Below, piece by piece: positions 32,447 through 41,400 of a stretch of DNA of 64,000 nt. The notes below the pieces were generated by a model. It had not been told where the DNA came from, made no database searches, and worked only from the letters and a program-made list of their open reading frames with translations. This stretch comes from an uncultured Acidobacteriota bacterium (GTDB lineage Bacteria; Acidobacteriota; UBA6911), in contig CAWEJX010000016.1 in NCBI GenBank assembly GCA_963809485.1, positions 1-64,000 on the forward strand, given 5' to 3'. Positions within the stretch are counted from its first letter, which is position 1, and each line of letters starts with the position of its first letter. Position numbers and translations under genes: made by a program.

Positions 32447-33763
32447 TTAGAAGAGCAGGCGGGTGCGGATGCTGGTATCGAGCAACTCGATCTGTTCGCC
32501 GATGTTGCGCGACAGGCTGCGCTCCACGTCCATGATCAGGTAGCCGACGCCGTTGCGCGTGTTGTACGACTGCGCCTTGATGTTCACGCTCATGCCGGCG
32601 ATCAAGCCGTTGATGCGGCTGAGCACTCCGGGAACATCTTTGTGAATGTTGAGCACGCGGTAACTGTCCTCGAGAACGGGCATCTGCACTTCGGGCAGGT
32701 TTGCGCAGTTGGTCGTCCCGCCGGTTTGCGCGTAGGTAATGAGGGAATCGGAAACCTCGAGCCCGATATTCCGCTGTGCCTCTTCGGTGCTGCCGCCGAT
32801 GTGCGGCGTCAGGATCACGTTCTCCAGCCCGCGCAGTTCCGATACGAAGGGGTCCTTGCCGGAACTGGGCTCTTTGGGGAAAACGTCCAGGGCGGCGCCG
32901 GCCAGGTGGCCGCTTATCAGGGCTTGCCGCAGGGCGGCAATATCCACAACCGATCCCCTGCTGAGATTGAGGAGGTAGCTATTTTCAGGCATTATGTTCA
33001 GCTGCTTGCGGCCGATCATGTTGCGCGTTAACGGCGTGTCCGGAACGTGAAGCGTTACAAAATCGGATATTTTCAGCAGCTCATCGAGATTGGACACCTG
33101 GCGCGCATTGCCGAGAGGAAGCTTTTTCAGGATGTCGTGGAAAACAACTCTCATCCCCAGCGATTCGGCCAGGAGGCCGACCTGAGGACCTATGTGCCCG
33201 TATCCCACGATGCCGATCGTTTTGCGCCGGACTTCCATGCATCCTTGGGCCGATTTCTCCCAGCGTCCGCTGTGCAGCTCCATCGAGCGCTGCGCAGCGC
33301 GGCGCGCCAGCATCACCACTTCGGCTATCGTCAATTCGGCGACGCTTCGGGTGTTGCTGAAGGGAGCGTTGAAAACCGCGACGCCCCGGCGGCTCGCGGC
33401 CTCCATATCCACCTGGTCGGTCCCGATACAGAAGCAGCCTATGGCGAACAACTGCGGGGCCGCGTCGAGAATCCGTTCGGTAATATGCGTTTTGGAGCGG
33501 ATTCCGAGCATGTGGATGCCCTGCAGCATCGCGATCAACTGATCTTCTCCGGCAGATCCCGCTTCCCTGCTAATATCGAAAAAATCGGCGGCCCGGAAAG
33601 CCTCCTCCGCGGCTGCATGAATTCCTTCCAACAGAAGGATCCTTATCGTTTCGCCGGAGTTTTTGCTTCCAGCCGGCTTACCCCTGGAGGCTTGGCTTCC
33701 CGCCTTTCGCGGCGCCCTGGTAACTTCCCGTTTCGGCTGCAATTTCCTTCCATTTTTCGACAT
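32447..33763 (-). CDS. serA: D-3-phosphoglycerate dehydrogenase with ACT domain
   Basis: GIRSKT, GCFCIGTDQVD, NAPFSNTRSVAE, GYGHIG, TPHIGGSTEEAQ, HKDVPGVL. Confidence 0.95.
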   Translation of the reverse strand: MSKNGRKLQPKREVTRAPRKAGSQASRGKPAGSKNSGETIRILLLEGIHAAAEEAFRAADFFDISREAGSAGEDQLIAMLQGIHMLGIRSKTHITERILDAAPQLFAIGCFCIGTDQVDMEAASRRGVAVFNAPFSNTRSVAELTIAEVVMLARRAAQRSMELHSGRWEKSAQGCMEVRRKTIGIVGYGHIGPQVGLLAESLGMRVVFHDILKKLPLGNARQVSNLDELLKISDFVTLHVPDTPLTRNMIGRKQLNIMPENSYLLNLSRGSVVDIAALRQALISGHLAGAALDVFPKEPSSGKDPFVSELRGLENVILTPHIGGSTEEAQRNIGLEVSDSLITYAQTGGTTNCANLPEVQMPVLEDSYRVLNIHKDVPGVLSRINGLIAGMSVNIKAQSYNTRNGVGYLIMDVERSLSRNIGEQIELLDTSIRTRLLF

Positions 33764-33782
33764 CGGATTTTTCCCGTAATCG

Positions 33783-34514
33783 TTATGCGTCGAGCTGAAT
33801 CTGCATGCAGAGATTCATGGCCGGAGTGACCTCCCCGAAGATTGCCATCATCGACTCAACCAGGTCCACTCCCGAGGAGGATTGAACCTCTTTTTCCGGC
33901 ATCGGATAATAAACCTGGAAACCCGCCCAGGAAGCTGCCGGAGCGTCTTCAAGGACCTTCTTCAGCTTTGCCATGCTGGGGAAATTGTTTTTTTTGAATT
34001 CCCCCATGCTGTCCCAGCCCGTGGCAGCCTCCACTATAAAACCTTCCTTAAAAACCAGCCGTTTAAGCTCCCGCGCCATGGCACCTGCGGGTTTCAAAGA
34101 CCCAAGCAGCCGGTGCCAGTCATAGTCCGGTTTTATTTCGGCTTTTGGAAAATCAGGCGGGGCCTGAAGAAATCCGCGCTCGACAGAGAAACCGCATCTA
34201 AAAAGCCTCTCTTCCGTGTCCACCGTGAGAAAGAACTTCGAGCACCCAAAGCTGACCTTTGAGGAAACCGGCTTGGCATCGCGGTTGGCGCGGGGCAAAA
34301 AGCCGATCCACTGCCAGTAGACGCCGCGGCCGTAGCGTTCCGTTACGAAAGGCTGCTGATACCGTGCCTCCAGGGCCAGCTTAAGGATGCGCGTGATCCG
34401 CTGGTTGTCCTCAAGGTTGCCGACGTGTATGCCTCTCTGAAAATCGAGATACTCCGGCTTGAACCCGATCGCAGTCCGCGGAAAAGCCTTCATTACCTGA
34501 ATCTTTGCTGTCAT
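33783..34514 (-). CDS. hypothetical protein
   Basis: long ORF with protein-like composition, co-oriented with its neighbours; no family recognised. Confidence 0.65.
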   Translation of the reverse strand: MTAKIQVMKAFPRTAIGFKPEYLDFQRGIHVGNLEDNQRITRILKLALEARYQQPFVTERYGRGVYWQWIGFLPRANRDAKPVSSKVSFGCSKFFLTVDTEERLFRCGFSVERGFLQAPPDFPKAEIKPDYDWHRLLGSLKPAGAMARELKRLVFKEGFIVEAATGWDSMGEFKKNNFPSMAKLKKVLEDAPAASWAGFQVYYPMPEKEVQSSSGVDLVESMMAIFGEVTPAMNLCMQIQLDA

Positions 34515-34574
34515 AGAGTGTTTAGGATAGCACGTTTGCTCCATCGGGAAAAATGTCACGAATGGCCGGACTTC

Positions 34575-34640
34575 CTCTGGGTGCCCGTCCATAAATCTTA
34601 ACGCTGACGAACGCTGAAAAAATTGCGAATAAATACCATT
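34575..34640. repeat. REP-like/ACGCTGA repeat family, copy 2
   Basis: ctctgggtgcccgtccataaatcttaacgctgacgaacgctgaaaaaatt. Confidence 0.55.
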
Positions 34641-34682
34641 TTCTCAGCAGACAGTCTCTGGACACCGGTCCACTGAAAACAA

Positions 34683-35372
34683 CTATAATATTAGCGGTTT
34701 GGGGATTGAGTTGGGTTGGTCCGAGCCCAGGGTAAGCACGTATCCCTGCAAGCTGCGCCACCAGCCGCAAAATTTCCGGGAGGATTCCAGGCAACGCCCG
34801 CTCCAGGCATTCCATTGGTCTTCCCTCGTCTCGGGATCGATAAGCACGCTGACACTGCGCGTATCCCGCCGCAATCCTTCCCGCAATATTTTGAGTATCG
34901 TTTCCTTGGCGCTCCAGATGAGATTAACAGTCAGCTGCCGGTCCACTGCAGGAGTCTGCTTCACATAGGATATCTCTTCGGCCGTAAAGTAGTCCTCGAC
35001 GAGCTCCACCTCGCGCGGCTCCATCCATTCCAGGTCGCAACCGACAGCAAGCCCGGCCGGGCCCACGACGCAAAGGCCCATATCCCGGCTGTGGCTGATA
35101 GATATGGAGACTCCACCGGGTCCATCTTTCCAGAAGACTTCGGGAGAGCCGTCAGACGCGGCTCGAATCTCAAGCGACGGCAGAGATGACGCGTCTTTGC
35201 CCCCATAGCCACAAATAGCCTGCTTGGCCGTCCAGCGACCCAGCCTCCAGTCGTTGCGCCGTTTCGGGAAACGCAGACCTTCGAGAATCTTGCGCTCTCC
35301 TTCGCTCAGCCAGCGGTCATACTCGGGCACATCTTTCTGGATTTGAATAAGCCAATGGAGACTTGTAGTCAT
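34683..35372 (-). CDS. Sfp-type 4'-phosphopantetheinyl transferase
   Basis: SISHS, VGCDLE, WSAKETILK motifs; adjacent to the PKS. Confidence 0.9.
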   Translation of the reverse strand: MTTSLHWLIQIQKDVPEYDRWLSEGERKILEGLRFPKRRNDWRLGRWTAKQAICGYGGKDASSLPSLEIRAASDGSPEVFWKDGPGGVSISISHSRDMGLCVVGPAGLAVGCDLEWMEPREVELVEDYFTAEEISYVKQTPAVDRQLTVNLIWSAKETILKILREGLRRDTRSVSVLIDPETREDQWNAWSGRCLESSRKFCGWWRSLQGYVLTLGSDQPNSIPKPLIL

Positions 35373-35382
35373 GGATTCGACA

Positions 35383-35428
35383 TTCGAGATTCGGGATTTA
35401 TAAAAATTTTTAAATCCCGAATCTCGAA
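35383..35428. other. perfect 18-bp inverted repeat between the PKS and PPTase genes
   Basis: TTCGAGATTCGGGATTTA / TAAATCCCGAATCTCGAA with a 10-nt AT loop. Confidence 0.85.
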
Positions 35429-35435
35429 ATGAATT

Positions 35436-38400
35436 CTACGCTTTTAGGGCGAGTGCGATCGGGTCAACCAGGTCCTGCTGAATCGGGTCGGGCAGATCCA
35501 TGGTCCGGTAACCCTGCAAGGTCAAATATACGTTCCCCTTTTCGTCGACGATTTTTGCGTCGCAGGCTCCGTCCGGTTTCGGAAGGACTATTGAATAGAA
35601 TTCCGCATTCTCCGCGTTCTCCGGTGCGGACAACAACTTCAAACTCCCGACAGAAAAGGGCAAGCCCAGGCGGGACTGAAGCCCAAGGCGGGACAGACTG
35701 CCCGTCTGGAAGCACAGTTCGACGAACCGCGGAGACGCGAATACGGGCAATTCCGAAGGCATGTGGTTTGCCGGCAGGTTTGCCGCAAATTTGCCAATCA
35801 CGCTGTCTCCCGACCGCCACGCACTATCAATCACCTGGTACGCCGGCCCGTGGAAAAACACCCGGTAAATCTGATCTGCGCCAACTTTCTCCGCCTTTTC
35901 CGGCAAAGGCTTCCGGCTGTCTTTCTCAGCCTGCGCATTGCCGGTAGTCAGCCGCACACGCGCCGTAAAGTGAGTCGTGATCTCCGGCTCCGCTTGTCCG
36001 TGCAGCGTGCGGGCCCCGAGCAGCCTGCATTCCGCGACGATATCTTCCTTGTCCGCTCGGAAAAACGCGTGGACCGTCAGACTCCTCGGCTGGCCGCGAT
36101 AGAATTTGAACGGCGTAAGAAAATTTATATCCTCTATGGCGCCGATGCTGCGTTCCGGGAAAAGGAACTTCGCCGCTTCAGCCATAGCCTCGATGCCCAT
36201 GACTCCGGGCAGAACCGGCGTCATGCTGATCTGGTGATCATACAGGAACGGCTGCTTCGCCGGATCGAACGAGGATTCGACGGTCAAACCGCCGTACACT
36301 CCCATCCCCAGGACCTCGCCGGTCATAATGCCCCGGTTGCGCAACAAGGGATCGAGAGGTCCGCCGGCGCTGGTATCCAGGCCGCCCTGAGGATCGAACT
36401 CCTTGACCAGGATCCCCAGTTTCCGGCCAATAACCAGTTCTCCGCTTGTGCCCGCAATCAGTTCCCGGCGGATAACCGGTATGCCGGCTTCAGGCGGCAG
36501 CATATCGATTCCGGCCTGTTTCATAATGGCCGGGATTGAGCCTCTGGCCGCCATCCCGATGCCGCTCCACGCGGTCCAGTCGATGGCGATGCCGCGGGTG
36601 GACGGGCGGGAGGACCGGAAATTGGAAATGCACTTGCACAGCAGGTCGTTTGCGCTGCTGTAGTCGGTCTGCCCGGAGTTGCCGAAACGGCCCGCTACAG
36701 AGCTGAAGACCACGGCAGCGCCGACGGGCATGCCGCCTATGCCGGACATCAGGTTGAACCAGCCGTCGCTCTTGACATCAAAGACCAGGTCGAACTCGCC
36801 CGGCTTTTTGTCGGGCAGCATATGGCTGATTTCCACCCCTGCGGCGTGCAGCAAGACATCGATGCGTCCGTGCCGCTCCGAGATCTCTTTCACAACCCGT
36901 GCGACAGAAGCCGGATCCAGCAGATCGAGACTGTAGTAATAAGCAGTGCCGCCGGCGTTGCGGACAGACTGGATTGCCGTGAGAGCCGCTTTGGAGCGCT
37001 CGAGAGACGCGAGTTCCCTGTCGACCATCGCGGGAGTGGCCCGTTCGCCGCGCAGCTTGAGCCGTTCGAAAATATCCCGTTTCAGGCTTTCCCTGTCCGT
37101 GTTCAGCCGCGCCAGGTCGCTGTTGCGGGCATCCGGTTCAGGCGTCAGATCGAGCAGGTAGAATATTCCGCCGGAGGCTGCTGCAAGATCCGCCGTAATC
37201 GCCGAAACGATGCTTCCGGCAGCTCCTGTAACCAGGAAAACGGTTTCCTCATCCAGCTTCACTGCAGGTTCTCCTGCGGCCGCCGCCTGCTCCTTCAATC
37301 CGATGGTCCAGCGCTGAGCATCTTTATATCCGACCTCCACGACACCGGGATCGCGCAGAGTTTCATCAATCAGCAGATCGGCGAGCGCGCTGGTTTTGCG
37401 GCTTGGCTCGAAATCGACGACTTTCACCGTCGCATCGGGCTTTTCACGCTTGAAAGCTTTGGTAAAGCCCGTTACGGCGCCTCCCAGCGGGTCTGCTGCA
37501 CCGGCATCGTCATAGCCGTGCAGCCCGCCAAGGCGCGTTGCCGACACGAGGAAGGTTCCCGCCGGCCCGACCTGATCATACAGGGCCTGCATGACGCTAA
37601 ACAGCAGCTTCGCCCGTACCCTGGTCGCTTCGCGCCACTGGGCCAGGCTCATGGCGGACACTTCACCCTGGCTGTCGAGAGCCGGGAGCCAGTACACACC
37701 CTGGATCGCGCCTTCAGCTTTCCAGCTTTCGAGATACCTGGCCAGAAACTTCGCGTCCGGCACGCCGTCAATCACCAGCGATTGGACGCCCAGCTTCTCC
37801 AGCCTGGCTGCAAGAGCTTTTCCGACCCCGCCCTGATCCGGCATGATGATGACGCGGCTTCCGGATTTCAAAGCTACGTCGGTGGATTTGCACAGCGATA
37901 ACGCCGGCCTCAGTTGCGGCACCGGTATCCGCCGCGGAACCGAGTTGGCGGCCTCCATGCTGCCTGCAATCACAGCCGGCGCCGCCTCGGCCCGCGCAAC
38001 CGCCGCAGGTTTGGACTCGGCCTGTGCTGCGGCTCCGCCCTTTTTCAGTTCCGGCTTGCGGTCATAGACAAACTGGATCGTGTGGGCCAGCGTCGGGAAA
38101 TCGCGCAGCTTCAGGTTGTCCTCGCGCGGGATATCGTAAGCGGCGCGTATGGCGGCAAACATCTCCGCCTGTTTGACGGTGTCAATTCCAAGGTCCGCCT
38201 CCAGATCCAGATCGAGGTCGAGCATATCGGGCGGATACCCGGTTTTCTCGGCGATGATCCGCAGGACAGTATCTTTGACAGAATCCCCTGCTGACCCCGC
38301 CGCCGGAGCAGGCCCTGCCTCAATAGCGGATGGTCCAGGCTCAGCGGCCGGTGTCGCTTTCTGAGCTTGAGCAACTGCTCCCGTGGCTGCCGCTTTCAGA

Positions 38401-41400
38401 TCCGGCCGGCGGTCGTAAACAAACTGGATCGTGTGGGCCAGAGTCGGGAAATCCCGCAGCTTGAGATTGTCTTCGCGCGGGATATCGTAAGCGGCGCGTA
38501 TGGCGGCGAACATCTCCGCCTGTTTGACCGTGTCGATTCCAAGGTCGGCCTCCAGATCAAGGTCGAGGTCAAGCATATCGGGCGGATACCCGGTCTTCTC
38601 GGCAATGATCTGCAAGACAGTTTCTTTTACCGAATCTTTTGAAGCTTCAACCGCAGAAGCGGGCACCTGTGCACTTTGGGAGGATTCAGGCACAGCGGCT
38701 GCCGGAATTGCGTTGGGAGCCTGGGCTGCTGCCGCGGAGGCGGCCAGCTTTAAATCCGGCCTGCGGTCGTAGACAAATTGTATGGCGTGAGCCAGTGTTG
38801 GAAAGTCGCGCAATTTCAGGTTGTCTTCACGCGGAATATCATAGGCCGCGCGAATGGCAGCAAACATTTCGGCCTGTTTCACCGTATCGATACCCAGGTC
38901 GGCCTCCAGATCGAGATCGAGATCGAGCATGTCGGTGGGATAACCGGTTTTTTCCGAAATGATCTGCATGACCTGAACCTGCACATCGTCAAGCATCCGT
39001 GCAGCAGGTGAAACAGCGGCGGATTCCACTGTTTTGGTTTCCGCTCGAAGCTCGGCCTGGAGACCTGCGACGGCATGTTGCGGCGCAGGCTCTGGCGAGG
39101 GTACAGACGACTTCGCGGCCTGCAGAGAGTTTGAGGCGCCGTTTTCCCTCCAGTCTGTCGGGCCCTGGTCTTTGGCACGCAATGTGCGCTGGACGATTTC
39201 AAGCTCAGGCGCCTCGTAACCCGTAAGGCGCTTCAGCCAGCTGTTCCAGGCTGCCGGGTCCTCAATGCGATAGCCGTAACCGAGAGCCGAGGGAGGCTGT
39301 CTCTTTCCATCGGGCGCAGGCGTCCATCGCATCAGGGTCATGGAAATTTGCGAACCGAAGCCTGCGCCCAGCCGCAGCGCATAGCGCATCGGCTGGTATC
39401 CTCCCCTGGACAGGTTCAGAGTGCCCAGTTCGGGGTCCACCTCCTTGAAGTTGGGAACGGGCGGAACGATCCCGGTCTCGAGCATTTTGACCGACACCAC
39501 ATCCTCGATGCCGACGGCCATCGGATGGCCGGTGGCGCCTTTCGTGTTGGCGACCAGAATCCGATCCGTGGCCTCTTTGAAAACGTGCCGCAGGGCGAAC
39601 ACTTCCGCGGAAGCGCTTCCTCCGCGGGCCGGAGTGTAGGTCTCGTGGGAAACGAAGACTGTTTCCGGAGCAATCTGGAACCGGTTAAGGCCCCATTCAG
39701 CTTCGGCATTGGCGATCAGCTTTTCCATGACATGCCGGATGTGGCTGACGTCGAGCCGAGTACCATGATACGCGCTGTTGGCGACCACGGAACCCAAGAC
39801 CTGGCAGATCGGGCGGATGCCGCGCTCGCGCGCAGCTTCCAGGCTTTCGAGCACGACAGCCGACGCACCCATCCCAATGAGCAGACCATGGCGCCTGCGG
39901 TCGAAAGGCGTTGCCGCGTCTTCCACCCTCTCGTCGGTCGCCGCGGATCCGGAAGCCAGGAAGCCCGAGCCGAACCAGCCCAACAGGTTGTCGGAAGTAA
40001 TGTCGTCGGCGGAAATAATGATGACACGGCGGCAGCGGCCGGTTCGTATCCAGTCGCTGGCCAGGCCGACAGCCTGCGTGCCGCTCGAGCAGGCGCCGTT
40101 GGTGGAGGTGTTCGGGCCGCGGGCGCCGATGTATTCGGCAAATTGCGAGTGGCCCATGGAAAGCACCCGGAAGAGGAACCTGCGGTCGAAATGATAGGTA
40201 TTCGCCTCGATTTCCTTGCTCAGAGCCTCGATGCGCCGCTCGATTTCGGCGGCGATGGCTGTGTCGCGTCCGGCCTGCAAGGCCAGGCTGCGCAGGCTGT
40301 CGAGTTCCGCCAGACGTTCGCGGCGGATGCGCTCCTGGTAGAAGCCCGAAATAATTTCGGCATAGGCGTCGTAACCGGGGAAAGCGGATGTGAAAAGTAT
40401 TCCGGTGTCATCCCGTATCGCATCCGGGAGCATCCATCGATCGGGGAGTTTGGTCCCCTTGGTGGTTGTCTTGTAGTGCATGACCAGGGGAATTCCGGCG
40501 TCGCGCAACGCATCGATCCCGGCGCCTATCGCCAGCTTGGTCACGCGATCGAGCGCGGGCAGCCGGTCTTCGGGAAAACCGAAATCGCGCACGAGGTCGA
40601 GGTCTCTGGAACGGGCAGCGAGCTTGATCACATCATCCAGGTGGTTGATGGATTCGAATCTTCCTTCACCGCCTTCCGTCTTGACCAGACGCGTGATGTT
40701 CTTCTCCACCATAGCCTCTCGCAGCCGCATGGGAATAGGCTCGATAAACACATCCCCGCGCAACATGCGTTCGACATTGGTATCGTCGAAAACGCGGTCG
40801 ACCCCAGGCAATCCCAGCGCGGCGCCGGTAACGCATATATCCACAGGGGCCTGCGAACGCTTGCCTCCCGAATAAATCTGGAATCCCCGGTCGAGGAATT
40901 CGGTAAACAGCTTCCCCAGTTCCACGTACCGGTCGGATCCGGCTTCGACAGGACGAGAGGCTTCCTGAGCCCTTTCGGCCCTATAGGCCGGCACGGAAGG
41001 CGCCGGCGCGGGCATGAAAGCCTGCGGGGCCGGGATCGATTCCCGGATTTCAGCTGTGGGCTTTTTTCCCTGTACTTTTGCCGCAATGCCCACACCCAGG
41101 CCCGCGGCATACAGGCCGCACAGGGCGAGATTGAGCGAGGCCGCCTCGCCGATTCTCGGATGGTTGGTGAACAAAGCGACAACGCCCTCGCGTTCGCCCA
41201 GAACATCCTCAACAAAACCGTAGAGGATTCTCTTGGGGCCCAGTTCGACAAAGATGCGCGCTCCGGCATCATACAGAGTATTGAGCCCCTTCACGAATTG
41301 GACCGGGGAATACACCTGCCTCCCCAGCAGGCCAATCATCTCCGGCACGACACCCGGGCCCATGGGATAAAAATCCCCAAGCACGTTGGAGATGATGGGG

